Counted from the first letter of the stretch, positions 1 to 9,681 are shown. The stretch: 64,000 bases of DNA from Terrimicrobiaceae bacterium (GCA_044375335.1 JBILMW010000002.1:59-64058), one strand, 5' to 3'. Notes: generated by a model from the sequence alone, not told the origin. Program-made: numbers and translations.

Positions 1-128
1 TTTAATGCGATCAAACGCTGTGATCTTCAAATGCGTCACACCTATTTTCGGTTGCAATTGCTTCATCTTAAATTTTTAATTTAACCCATTTCTTCTCTCA
101 ACCGGACACTAGTGAAAATCCCTACCCG

Positions 129-329
129 ATGCAACTCGAGCCACTCCATCCCATTCAGATTCAGCGATTCCGCGAAATGACTTTTGCTGAGAAATGGGCT
201 GTGGCCCAAGGATTGTGGCTCATGGCCCGTGATGCCCGCCTGGCGGCGAGCCGGCGAGCCAATCCCGATCTCACCGAAGAAGAACACCAAAAATCTGTTG
301 CCCGTGAATTCGCCCGAACCAGAACCTAA
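129..329 (+). CDS. small hypothetical protein (66 aa), possible antitoxin-like partner of the downstream gene
   Basis: ORF-track ORF lying immediately 5' of a nucleotidyltransferase-fold gene. Small and charged/helical-looking. No family recognised; the assignment rests on position only. Confidence 0.3.
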   Translation: MQLEPLHPIQIQRFREMTFAEKWAVAQGLWLMARDARLAASRRANPDLTEEEHQKSVAREFARTRT

Positions 330-882
330 TCTCCTCGCCCTCTTCGTGCGCCCCATCCACGATGCCGGCCTCCGCTACATTATTGCTGGATCGGTCGGTT
401 CCATGCACTATAGCGAACCCCGCCTCACGCTCGATATCGATATCCCTTTGCTTTTCAGTATCAAAGACATTCCCACGCTCTTATCCCTTTTTCAAGAACC
501 CGAGTATTATTGTCCGCCTGCCGATGTGATCGCCTCGGAAATTGCTCGCGACTGCCGCAGCCACTTCAATATCATCCATATCCCGACAGGGCTCAAAGCA
601 GACTTCTACCCCGGCAATCGCGACGCCACCTTCGCATGGGCTTGGCAAAACCGACTCACCCAACAAACACCGCTCGGCCCGATCCATATCGCACCAGCCG
701 AATATGTTATCCTCTGGAAAATGATCTTTTACCGAGAAGGCAAAAGCGAAAAACATATCCGCGACATCCAACGCATCCTAGACATTCAGCCCATTCTTCC
801 ACACCAAGACTTCCTCAACGAAGCCATAAAAACCCACGCCCTCACAGACATCTGGTCCATATTCCAACGCCCACAATTGTAG
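184..882 (+). CDS. nucleotidyltransferase-fold protein (MNT/AbiEii-like), start uncertain
   Basis: The motif IIAGSVGSMHYSEPRLTLDIDI fits the minimal nucleotidyltransferase signature GS...D.D. The first 48 or so codons of the ORF-track frame overlap the upstream ORF in another frame, so the true start is probably internal (ATG 232 or GTG 346). Confidence 0.5.
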   Translation: MLRNGLWPKDCGSWPVMPAWRRAGEPIPISPKKNTKNLLPVNSPEPEPNLLALFVRPIHDAGLRYIIAGSVGSMHYSEPRLTLDIDIPLLFSIKDIPTLLSLFQEPEYYCPPADVIASEIARDCRSHFNIIHIPTGLKADFYPGNRDATFAWAWQNRLTQQTPLGPIHIAPAEYVILWKMIFYREGKSEKHIRDIQRILDIQPILPHQDFLNEAIKTHALTDIWSIFQRPQL

Positions 883-921
883 CGGCGCGTCTATGACCGC
901 CGAAAATCGCCCCCCCGGGCG

Positions 922-1075
922 CTCGACCCTCGACCCTCGACCCTCGACCCTCGACCCTCGACCCTCGACCCTCGACCCTCGACCCTCGACCCTCGACTCT
1001 CGACTCTCGACTCTCGACTCTCGACTCTCGACTCTCGACTCTCGACTCTCGACCCTCAACCCTCAACCCTCAACC
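922..1075. repeat. heptanucleotide tandem repeat, 22 units: (CTCGACC)x10 (CTCGACT)x8 (CTCGACC)x1 (CTCAACC)x3
   Basis: Counted directly from the sequence with perfect unit phasing. Intergenic, ending 82 nt upstream of the first glycan gene (start 1158). Confidence 0.97.
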
Positions 1076-1157
1076 CTCGTAACTTCTCCTGCCCATAGGC
1101 GGACCCGTCACGCCGGAGTCGCGTAGCGCGTAGGCGGATCACTTCCTCCTTCTTCTC

Positions 1158-1916
1158 ATGCCCACCACCCGCCGCGTCCTCTCCACCGACCTCGCCTGCA
1201 CCGATTATGAGGCCCTTGGCGCGCACCTCCTCACCCGCTGCCGTCAACCCGGCCCCTACGCCGTCGATTTTTCAAATACCCACATCGCCACCATGCGGCG
1301 TCACGACCCCGCATTTGCAGCCACCACAGCCTGCATCGACCTCTTCGTCCCCGATGGAATGCCCCTCATCTGGTGCCTGAACCGCCAAGGCGCTACGCTT
1401 CAAGACCGCGTCTACGGCCCCACCTTTCTGCGAAAATTCCTCGCCACCTGCCCCTCCAAATTCTCTCACTACTTCCTCGGCGGCAGTCCAGAATGCGGAA
1501 AGAAACTCCGCGAACGCCTGCTCGAAAAAAATCCGCAACTCAACATTATTGGTTCCTACCACGGAAACTGCACCGCCGAAGGGACACTGGAAGATGATTC
1601 CAAAGTCATCCAAGAACTTCAATCACTGCGCCCCGACTTCCTCTGGATCGGTCTGGGCACACCCAAGCAATACCACCTCCTCCACCGCCTCAAACCCCTC
1701 CTCCCGAGCGGAATCCTCCTTGCCGTTGGCTTCGCCTTCGATGTCAACGCCGGCACCAAACCCGATGCCCCAGCTTGGATGCAACGCACAGGCCTCACAT
1801 GGACCTACCGCCTCGCCAGCGAACCCCGCCGCCTCGCCGCCCGCTATTTCAAGTGGAACACGCTCTTCTTGTATTACCTGTTGAAAACTAAAAACTACAT
1901 CAATGGTAGACCATGA
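1158..1916 (+). CDS. WecG/TagA/CpsF-family (GT26) glycosyltransferase
   Basis: 252 aa. Motifs: VYGPTFL, FFLGG, LWIGLGTPKQ and the C-terminal TWTYRLASEPRRLAARY, typical of GT26 N-acetylmannosaminyl/ManNAcA transferases. Confidence 0.8.
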   Translation: MPTTRRVLSTDLACTDYEALGAHLLTRCRQPGPYAVDFSNTHIATMRRHDPAFAATTACIDLFVPDGMPLIWCLNRQGATLQDRVYGPTFLRKFLATCPSKFSHYFLGGSPECGKKLRERLLEKNPQLNIIGSYHGNCTAEGTLEDDSKVIQELQSLRPDFLWIGLGTPKQYHLLHRLKPLLPSGILLAVGFAFDVNAGTKPDAPAWMQRTGLTWTYRLASEPRRLAARYFKWNTLFLYYLLKTKNYINGRP

Positions 1917-2620
1917 ACGCGCCCGAACTCGCCATCATCATGCCCGTTTACAACGAGCAGGCCTCCGTCCGGAAGGTGGTCACAGAATGGTTTCATGAAA
2001 TTGAAAACTGGACTGAAAGCTTTGTTTTTCTTTGCATTGATGATGGTTCCAGAGACAAAAGCCTTGAGATCTTGCAACGCCTCCAGCAACAACTTGGAAA
2101 TCGCATTCAAATCATTACCAGAGAGAATAAAGGGCACGGCCAAAGCTGCATTGAGGGATACAACTGGGCCTGCAAGCAAGAAATTCCTTGGGTCTTTCAA
2201 ATCGACTCAGATGGCCAATGCGACCCACAGTATTTTTTCCGCTTTTGGCGTCTGCGACAAAACTACGATGTCGTTTATGGCGTCAGAACACGCCGCGATG
2301 ATGGATGGCGGCGCGTTATGGCCAGTTGGGTTTTGAAAGGCGTTTTATTAACCACGCAAAGAGTTTGGTGTCCAGATGCCAATGTTCCCTACCGCTTGAT
2401 TAAACGCGAGATTCTGACAGCAGAAGTTGAAAAAATCCCTCGCACTTTTTTCTTGGCAAATATCGCACTTGCTGTGCTGCTTAAGAAATCCGCCGTCTCT
2501 CATGGGTATGTCCCCATTGGCTTCAGGGAAAGATATGGTGGCGAACCAAGCGTGCGCTTGGGGAAATTTACAGATAAAGCTGTTGAACTGGTCAAACAGC
2601 TTGCAGATCTACCAAAGTGA
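1913..2620 (+). CDS. GT2 glycosyltransferase, polyprenyl-phosphate sugar synthase-like (GtrB/ArnC-like)
   Basis: N-terminal LAIIMPVYNEQ...IDDGSRDKS...DSDGQ (GT-A fold with DxD). The ATG overlaps the upstream stop (ATGA) and the stop overlaps the next start. Confidence 0.8.
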   Translation: MNAPELAIIMPVYNEQASVRKVVTEWFHEIENWTESFVFLCIDDGSRDKSLEILQRLQQQLGNRIQIITRENKGHGQSCIEGYNWACKQEIPWVFQIDSDGQCDPQYFFRFWRLRQNYDVVYGVRTRRDDGWRRVMASWVLKGVLLTTQRVWCPDANVPYRLIKREILTAEVEKIPRTFFLANIALAVLLKKSAVSHGYVPIGFRERYGGEPSVRLGKFTDKAVELVKQLADLPK

Positions 2621-4122
2621 ATACCGCTGAGAAATTCCAGAACTGCAATTTTATACAGGCAGCCGCGCTTGTTTTTGTTGCACTTATCGGAGTGATTGCG
2701 ATATCCAACCAATCCCTCTGGATTGATGAAGGCAATAGCGCCATGAAGGCTATCCAGCCAAATTTTGTGCTTTTCTGGGGAAAAATGAAAGAACTCGGCG
2801 GTTCCGATTTGCAGATGCCGCTTTACATGGGCCTATTGTGGTTATGGGAGAAGATGTTGGGACATAGTGAGTATGCCTTGCGCGCCTTAAACATTCCCTT
2901 TTTCACTTTGAGCGCAGGAATTCTTCTTTATCTGTGGGACGCCGAACGCCGCCTCAAGTTGGCTTTTATTTTCCTGATGTGTTTTTCACCCATGCTTTGG
3001 GTGTATCTCGATGAAGCCAGGCCATATATTTTTCAGTTTTTTGGAGCGACCTCCATTCTCGTAGCACTGTGGAATCAGGCAAAGAAGCCTCATCTTAACA
3101 AAAACTTAGCCGTCTTCTGCATAGGAGCTCTGGCGCTCTGTGGATCCAGCCTTACAGGTGTTATTTTTACTTTTTGGTTCGGGCTGGCTTTTCTTTTCAT
3201 TCTCATTCGCCAACATGCCTGGCGCAGCATTTTTAGCTCGAAGCAGAATCTACTCATTTTGGCACTGACAAGCATTGGCATGTGTGGCTTAGGAATGTAT
3301 TATTTCTGGACTCTCAGCCAAGGTGCCCGCGCGTCGGGAGTTGGCAAAACAGACCTGCTCAGCATAGGATTCTGCCTTTATGAGTTGCTCGGATTCAGTG
3401 GCCTGGGCCCAGATCGTCTGAGCCTCCGCGAGCACGGCATCACTTCACTGAAGCCCTTCTTCTTGCCTCTCACCTCTCTGGTAATAGCCCTCACAGCCTT
3501 TGGGATTTCAAGCGCGCTTTGTATCACGAAAAGCTCTCGAATGCATCGCACAAAATTTTTCATTTTCGCTGCGGTATTTTGTGGAGCCGTGTCCATGGTA
3601 GCCGTTGGCTACATCGCACATTTCCGAGTGCTGGGCCGCCACTTGATGCCAATCCTTCCGTTCGTTCTTTTGCTTGTGAGCTTTGGCTTTCTGCACTTAT
3701 GGCAATCCGACAAAAAACTAAGCCGAGCGGTCGTTTTAACCATCTGCCTGCTGCTCATTCTCTCCAGCCTGTCAACCAGATTCAGCCCACGCTTCGCAAA
3801 AGACGACTACCGCACCGCTGCGCAGATCGCTAAATCCAGCCAAGAAGACGAGAAAACAATCTGGTGGGCTGCAGACACGGCCACGGCTAACTATTATGGG
3901 TTAGAATTCAGTGAAAAAGTGATAAATGTCGTGGGGCTATCAGCAGAGGAACTCCAAAACATTCCAATACCAGATATCGTTCTTGTCTCCAAATCGGACA
4001 TTTACGATTCGAATTGCTTCATCACAGATTTTTTAGTTGATAAAAACTTGGCGTCTGTGCGAAAAATCAAAGCCTTTTCAATTTATCGCTTTGATAGCGT
4101 TAACTTAAGCTGCATGCTATAA
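2617..4122 (+). CDS. GT-C fold membrane glycosyltransferase (ArnT/PMT-like)
   Basis: 501 aa polytopic membrane protein with many hydrophobic segments. SLWIDEGNS acidic motif after the first TM segment, as in GT39/GT83 enzymes. GTG start overlaps the GT2 stop (GTGA). Confidence 0.65.
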   Translation: MNTAEKFQNCNFIQAAALVFVALIGVIAISNQSLWIDEGNSAMKAIQPNFVLFWGKMKELGGSDLQMPLYMGLLWLWEKMLGHSEYALRALNIPFFTLSAGILLYLWDAERRLKLAFIFLMCFSPMLWVYLDEARPYIFQFFGATSILVALWNQAKKPHLNKNLAVFCIGALALCGSSLTGVIFTFWFGLAFLFILIRQHAWRSIFSSKQNLLILALTSIGMCGLGMYYFWTLSQGARASGVGKTDLLSIGFCLYELLGFSGLGPDRLSLREHGITSLKPFFLPLTSLVIALTAFGISSALCITKSSRMHRTKFFIFAAVFCGAVSMVAVGYIAHFRVLGRHLMPILPFVLLLVSFGFLHLWQSDKKLSRAVVLTICLLLILSSLSTRFSPRFAKDDYRTAAQIAKSSQEDEKTIWWAADTATANYYGLEFSEKVINVVGLSAEELQNIPIPDIVLVSKSDIYDSNCFITDFLVDKNLASVRKIKAFSIYRFDSVNLSCML

Positions 4123-4149
4123 TCATTTTGAAAGAGATATTAATAATTT

Positions 4150-5363
4150 ATGTTTGTTATTATTAATTTTAAGAGTTTAGTAAATTCTTTTGCATTTGAA
4201 TTGAGAAGACTAAGAAAGGTTCATTCGATTTTGAGATTTTTAAGAAGGTCTATTTGGCATGGTTTAAAAGAAGGTCTATGGGAGTTTTTAAGAATTATTT
4301 TGAAAGATTGCAAAAAATTGGGCCCCCCTTCCAAAACATTTTCAATTTATAAGGAATTACGTGCTCAAAATCCAGCTTACTCCGGAAAAGTAATAACTGA
4401 AGATCAAGGAACACCATATGTAGAACAAGATTCCGTAGTCATAAAATCAAGATTAAGACAGCATTTGGAACAACCTTGGCCTGTCGTATGGAGCGAGCAC
4501 ACGGATCAAAGACTGATCTCTCATTCACTTGCTTTAGTTAATGAAGATAAGGAGCTATGCATAGAATCAGTTTATGGATATGAAAGATTGCGAGATGACC
4601 CAGCTAGCAAATATCTATTTTGGGAAAAGGAAACTTATCTTTCTGGAAAATGGACAAGTATTGTGTCGAACTGGAATCGATTGGATGGAGTTCCGATTTA
4701 CGGTCATTGGCTTCATGATGCGCTTCCACGACTTACTTATTTGGATGAACTGCCATCAGACACCGGAATTCTTGTTCCTAATGAATTGAAGCCAATACAT
4801 TGGGAGGCTTTAGAATTACTGGGTGTAAAAGATCGCTGCAGGCCTACAAAAGAAACCAATATTATTGTTTAAAAGTATTATTTTTCTTCTCCAACATCAA
4901 TGATTACCTGCTATAACCCATATGGCATTAATTGGATGCGAAAAAAACTTCTTCCTAAAGCCGATAAAGATTTAACGGGCCCAAAAAATTCTTTTTTGCC
5001 CGAAGTGGAAAAAATAGGTCCATCGGTAATATTGCGGAAATCACCAATGAGATTCAAAACATGGGGTGGACTGTAGTTAATGACTTGGATTTCAATTTTT
5101 CACAAACGATCAAGTTGTTTTCCGAGGCAACGAATGTGTGTGGATTTCTTGGGAGTAACATGTCTAATGTCATATTCTGTCAGGAGGGATGTAAAGTAAC
5201 CACTCTTGTTCTTGATTTTTGGCCAGATGGTTTTGTTGATTTGATAGCATGCCATCTAAACCTAAATCACCAATCGTTTACTTTACCTGCAGGTGGACCT
5301 TTTGTGCATACACCTATTGTAAAAGCTGCGAATGTAGTTTCTGCCCTAAAGAAAAGAATTTAA
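4150..5363 (+). pseudogene. decayed GT61/DUF563-family glycosyltransferase (in-frame TAA plus 1-nt frameshift)
   Basis: The N-terminal part (4150..4872) carries YGHWLHDALPRL. The C-terminal part (frame of 5061..5363, readable from about 4968) carries FFFARSGKNRSIGN...LFSEATNVCGFLGSNMSNVIFC. Both are typical of one roughly 400-aa DUF563 protein. It is interrupted by TAA at 4870-4872 and by a frame change near the A6 tract at 4983-4988. Confidence 0.65.
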
Positions 5364-5376
5364 CGCTTTGTAATTT

Positions 5377-6921
5377 ATGTCACGCTCGAAGCATTTTATT
5401 ACGGGATTGCTATCAAGTTATGCGGCAATATGCGTCAACATTCTTTATACGCTGGCATCGGTTCCTTTGGCATTACACTATCTTGACAAAGATGAGTTTG
5501 GGCTTTGGGCCTTGGTGACGCAGCTTTCGGGTTATTTGATGCTTCTCGAATTTGGGATGAATGGCGCTGTCGCTCGCTCCCTTTCCGATCACAAGGACCA
5601 TGTTGAAGATGGTATCTATGGCAGCATCTTGCGCACAGGTTCGCTTGTTTTTGCGATTCAGGGCGGGCTCGTAGCAATTTCAGGAATAGCTCTTGCTTGG
5701 TTTGCCGCTCCTTTTTTTGGACTCCCGCCCTCAATGGAGAGTTCGTTCACGATTCTAATGGCGGCACAAGCCGTGCTGAGTGGAATACGCCTCTCGCTGA
5801 CCACTCTGGGCTCTCCTTTATGGTGTAACCAACGCCTTGATTTGAGCAATCTTGCCACCAGCTTGAGCCTCGTAGTGGCTTTTTTTGTTTTATGGCTTGG
5901 CTTTTACATGGGGTGGCATCTCTACAGTTTGCTGATCTCAGCAGCAATAGGATCCATCGTTACCTTGACGTTCTGTTATTTATCCTGCAAACGACTCGGA
6001 TTGTATCCCTCGCACCAATACAAGGGGCGATTTGATCCTGCGATTTTCCGCAAATTGTTTCATTTTGGAGGCGGTCTTTTTTTAATGAATTTGGGAGCTC
6101 AGTTTGCATCGGCAAGTCAAGTTATTATCATCAGCCGCATTCTCGGCATTGAAGCTGCAGCAACATGGGCGATTTGCACCAAGGTCTTTACTATGGCGCA
6201 ACAATTTGTCTCGCGTATTTTTGATTCCTCTGCCGGCGGCTTGGCGGAAATGGTCGTCCGCGGCGAATTCAGTCGCTTACAAAAACGCTTTCGGGATTTA
6301 GTTGCGATCTCTGCAATCATGGCTAGCGCAGTAGGTGCCGGCATCGCTCTCATGAATGGTTCCTTCGTAGAGCTTTGGACTTCGGGAAAAGTGACATGGT
6401 CTCCTTGGAACAACTACCTTCTGGCTTGCGTGCTGTTTATTACCACTGTTACACGCTGCCATATAGGGCTTAGCGGAATCACAAAACACATTAGTGGCAT
6501 GAAGTATGTTTATCTCATCGAGGGCATTGTGTTTGTCTCTGTTTCAATTCTCGTTGTGCCTAGCATGGGATTTATCGGTCTGCTAACGACCGCTTTACTT
6601 TGTAACCTGGGAATTACTGGAACTTATGGAGTATATCGAACAGGTGCATTTTTTCGAATCCCTCGCCTCGAAGTTGTTGCATGGGTCGCGCGTTCGGGCG
6701 GATTCATCATGCTCATTGCCGGACTTTTTTCCTTGTCATTTATTCCCTCCTTCTCGGCGCTCGACACCAAATTGCAGCTGTGCTTGGAGGGCCTTGCCTT
6801 TGGAATGATAGTGTTTCCTTCAGCTTGGTTTATATCGACGACTAAAGAGCTTCGTATAGAAATCAAATTAACCATCTGTAATATATTTCGAAAAATTTTT
6901 CAAATTCGTAAACCTATTTAA
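5377..6921 (+). CDS. wzx: oligosaccharide flippase (MOP/Wzx family)
   Basis: 514 aa with about 12-14 hydrophobic segments. N-terminus (LLSSYAAICVNILYTLASVPLALHYL..EFGLW) is typical of polysaccharide-biosynthesis flippases. Lies inside a glycosyltransferase cluster. Confidence 0.75.
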   Translation: MSRSKHFITGLLSSYAAICVNILYTLASVPLALHYLDKDEFGLWALVTQLSGYLMLLEFGMNGAVARSLSDHKDHVEDGIYGSILRTGSLVFAIQGGLVAISGIALAWFAAPFFGLPPSMESSFTILMAAQAVLSGIRLSLTTLGSPLWCNQRLDLSNLATSLSLVVAFFVLWLGFYMGWHLYSLLISAAIGSIVTLTFCYLSCKRLGLYPSHQYKGRFDPAIFRKLFHFGGGLFLMNLGAQFASASQVIIISRILGIEAAATWAICTKVFTMAQQFVSRIFDSSAGGLAEMVVRGEFSRLQKRFRDLVAISAIMASAVGAGIALMNGSFVELWTSGKVTWSPWNNYLLACVLFITTVTRCHIGLSGITKHISGMKYVYLIEGIVFVSVSILVVPSMGFIGLLTTALLCNLGITGTYGVYRTGAFFRIPRLEVVAWVARSGGFIMLIAGLFSLSFIPSFSALDTKLQLCLEGLAFGMIVFPSAWFISTTKELRIEIKLTICNIFRKIFQIRKPI

Positions 6922-6927
6922 TTATAA

Positions 6928-7668
6928 ATGAGCTCTAAAATAAATCAACTTATCAGCCGACTTCTGAAAATTGCACTGCGAAATCCCCAAGATCTTAAAC
7001 ATATTCTAGGTGTGACAAATTGGGCAGCTGGAGAAATTCTTGATCCTATGGTTGATATTCGATCGATACCATCAGTCGATCTCTTTGATATATGCCCAGG
7101 AACGCGTTTGACACTACAATCCCTCCCAGGCATTAGATCTTCAATTAGCCCATTAGAGTGCGCCGCACTCGCGGCCCTATCGCACTCTGTAACTGCTAAA
7201 AGAGTTTTTGAATTTGGGACTTACAAAGGTGTTTCCACTACCCAACTCGCTCTAAATATCGCCGCTGATGGCATGGTATTTACCCTTGATCTTCCCGAAG
7301 AGCATCCAGCCTACAGGCTGCCAATTCCAAGACTCGATGAACAGGAGATTACCCTTGAATCCGGTAAAGGCACACTTGTTCCGCATGACTTACTGGACCG
7401 AGTAACTTTCCTGAAATCTGACTCAGCATGCTTCGATGAAAAACCCTACCACGGGATTATGGACCTCGTGTTTGTCGACGGCGCCCATAGTTACGAATAT
7501 GTAAAAAACGATACGGAAAAGGGTTGGCTCATGCTTCGCTCTGGCGGAATACTCGCATGGCACGATTGCGCTCCGCACCATAAAGATGTAGTTAAGTATA
7601 TTAAAGAATGCGGGCTAAATTTAAATCTCGTAAAAGGCACTGCGCTGGCATTTGCAACGAAAAGATAA
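6928..7668 (+). CDS. class I SAM-dependent methyltransferase (Methyltransf_24-like)
   Basis: VFEFGTYKGVST (SAM-binding glycine motif) and DLVFVDGAHSYEYVKND...GGILAWHD. Confidence 0.75.
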   Translation: MSSKINQLISRLLKIALRNPQDLKHILGVTNWAAGEILDPMVDIRSIPSVDLFDICPGTRLTLQSLPGIRSSISPLECAALAALSHSVTAKRVFEFGTYKGVSTTQLALNIAADGMVFTLDLPEEHPAYRLPIPRLDEQEITLESGKGTLVPHDLLDRVTFLKSDSACFDEKPYHGIMDLVFVDGAHSYEYVKNDTEKGWLMLRSGGILAWHDCAPHHKDVVKYIKECGLNLNLVKGTALAFATKR

Positions 7669-7686
7669 ATACGAAAACATTTTTTT

Positions 7687-8535
7687 ATGGGCCTTGATAT
7701 TAAAGCAATCCGATTTCTTCTGGGAGAAAAAGCCCGAGGTATACAATTTGGGAAAACGCTTACACTCGGCCGACAAAGTCTTTATATGAGTCAGCAAGAG
7801 CTTGCTGAACTTTCAAATAAAATAAATATTGAATTATTTAGCTCGAGCTTTGCAGATGATTTTTTGGCATACCTTGCTGGGATTCCCTCGCTGAGCATGG
7901 ATGCGTCAGCTTACGAGGGGGCGCAAATCATTCATGACATGAATTTTCCAGTGGAAGAAAAATACCATGACTCATTTGATACCATTATTGATGGAGGGAC
8001 TCTTGAGCATGTTTTTAACTTCCCAATGGCAATTAAAAATTGCATGGAAATGTTAAAGGTGGGTGGATCCCTAATTTTTATGACTCCATGGCATAATTTT
8101 TCAGGACACGGTTTTTACCAGTTTAGCCCTGAGCTTTTCTATAGCACTCTTTCTGATGCAAACGGATTTCAGCTCGAGCGGATGCTGATTGCAGTAGAAG
8201 GATATTGGTATTCGGTAAAAAATCCTTCCATAGTAAATGAGCGCGTAGAAATTAAAACTGACGAGGAAATTTTACTTTTCGTAACGGCACGAAAAACTTC
8301 GATTTCAAAAATCTTCGAAAACTGGCCACAGCAATCCGATTACTGCGCCGCTTGGAAATTCGAGACACATGATTGTTTAAAGGAAACGCCTATTTCCATT
8401 TATCAAAATTTTTTAAATTATTCTATTTTAAGTAAACTTAGATCTTGGTGGCGGGATTATAAAAAACAGAGAAGTAGGAGGCCAAAGAACAATAAGGCTT
8501 TGAAAATTGTTTGTTCTTATAAGGAAATACCATGA
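7687..8535 (+). CDS. class I SAM-dependent methyltransferase
   Basis: FDTIIDGGTLEHVFNFPMAIKNCMEMLKVGGSLIF is a typical methyltransferase type 11/12 post-I to motif III region. Stop overlaps the next start. Confidence 0.7.
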   Translation: MGLDIKAIRFLLGEKARGIQFGKTLTLGRQSLYMSQQELAELSNKINIELFSSSFADDFLAYLAGIPSLSMDASAYEGAQIIHDMNFPVEEKYHDSFDTIIDGGTLEHVFNFPMAIKNCMEMLKVGGSLIFMTPWHNFSGHGFYQFSPELFYSTLSDANGFQLERMLIAVEGYWYSVKNPSIVNERVEIKTDEEILLFVTARKTSISKIFENWPQQSDYCAAWKFETHDCLKETPISIYQNFLNYSILSKLRSWWRDYKKQRSRRPKNNKALKIVCSYKEIP

Positions 8536-9680
8536 AGAAACCGCGTTTTATCGTTGCGTGTCCACAAAGAACCTCGGCAGACTACCACGCTGCTGTTTTA
8601 GTGAAGCATGGCATGCTTCGCAAATACTTCATTGGCACACGGAGACCTACCGATGGTATACCAGAGGAGTTAACATGTTTTATCAAGGCTTGGGGCGCGG
8701 TTGCTACACTAAGCGCCATGGTTTTACCCTCGTATCAGGGCGAGTGGGTTAGATCTGCCATTCATCCACTGTATGATGCGTGGGTTTTACCTCAAATCCA
8801 ACCTGGAGACAATATCATATCCAGCTACGGCTATGCAAATTACTGCTTCAAAAAGGTTAAAAAATTGGAGGGCAAAACCTTCCTTGATGCAGGAAATTCG
8901 CATCCTGCACATTTTTGGGATGTTATTACAGAGGAACATCATATCTGGGGAGTAAAGCGCCCCCCCTATCCTCCGCATTGGAATCAGCGCGCAAGGCAAA
9001 TGCTGGACTCTACAGATTATATCATTTGTCCCAGTCGCTATGTGGAAAAAACCTATCTGGAACGGGGATTTACCAAAGATCGTTTGCTTTACGCTCCATT
9101 TCCGACAGATTTAAGCCTTTTTAAACCAGATTTGGAAACTATTCCTCCTGCCAATCCCCTCTGGGTTATTTGCACGGGAAGTGTCAGTTTAAGAAAGGGC
9201 TTCCCGTATTTACTCGAGGCGGTTCGCTTGCTGAGAAAAGACCGCGATGTGCGCTTGATGCTGACACACATTATTGAAAGCTCAATGATCACTATTTTAA
9301 AAACATACGATGATATTCCCATTGAGTGGGCTCCAAGCCTTAATCATAGAGATCTCGCAAACCGTCTAAAAAAAGCGCATGTCTTTGCCCTGCTTTCTTT
9401 GGAAGATGGTTTTGCAAGAACTGTATCAGAGGCTCTGGCCTGCGGACTTCCAGCAGTTGTCACTCCTCATACCGGGGCCAGAGATTTCATACTGGAGGGC
9501 AAAAATGGCTATGTTGTGCCGATCCGCGATGCAGCAGCCGCCGCTGATGCTATTCAAAAGGCAGCAGATATTCGACTCAGCGGTTTGCGTAGCGATATAG
9601 AGCTGCCCGATCTATCTTTTCAAGCCTTCGAGGCCCAATTTATAAAGGAATTAGCAAGAATTGGCACGACCGGCTTCTAG
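8532..9680 (+). CDS. GT4 (GT-B fold) glycosyltransferase
   Basis: C-terminal EDGFARTVSEALACGLPAVVTPHTGARDFILEGKNGYVVP, the E-x7-E type GT4 signature. Confidence 0.85.
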   Translation: MKKPRFIVACPQRTSADYHAAVLVKHGMLRKYFIGTRRPTDGIPEELTCFIKAWGAVATLSAMVLPSYQGEWVRSAIHPLYDAWVLPQIQPGDNIISSYGYANYCFKKVKKLEGKTFLDAGNSHPAHFWDVITEEHHIWGVKRPPYPPHWNQRARQMLDSTDYIICPSRYVEKTYLERGFTKDRLLYAPFPTDLSLFKPDLETIPPANPLWVICTGSVSLRKGFPYLLEAVRLLRKDRDVRLMLTHIIESSMITILKTYDDIPIEWAPSLNHRDLANRLKKAHVFALLSLEDGFARTVSEALACGLPAVVTPHTGARDFILEGKNGYVVPIRDAAAAADAIQKAADIRLSGLRSDIELPDLSFQAFEAQFIKELARIGTTGF

Positions 9681-9681
9681 C

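Noticed and set aside
1-66. Possible 5' end of a minus-strand gene (ATG at 66-64, MKQLQPKIGVTHLKITAFDRIK.., open to the window edge)
   Set aside because: Only 22 codons are visible, which is too little to support a feature call.
922-1075. Possible CRISPR array
   Set aside because: The units are 7 bp and contiguous, with no spacers, and no cas genes are present in the window.
778-1126. ORF-track ORFs 778..1059(-), 842..1066(-) and 893..1126(+), encoding RVESRES / STLDPRP repeats
   Set aside because: They are simply translations of the 7-bp microsatellite in different frames. They have no start context and no non-repetitive domain.
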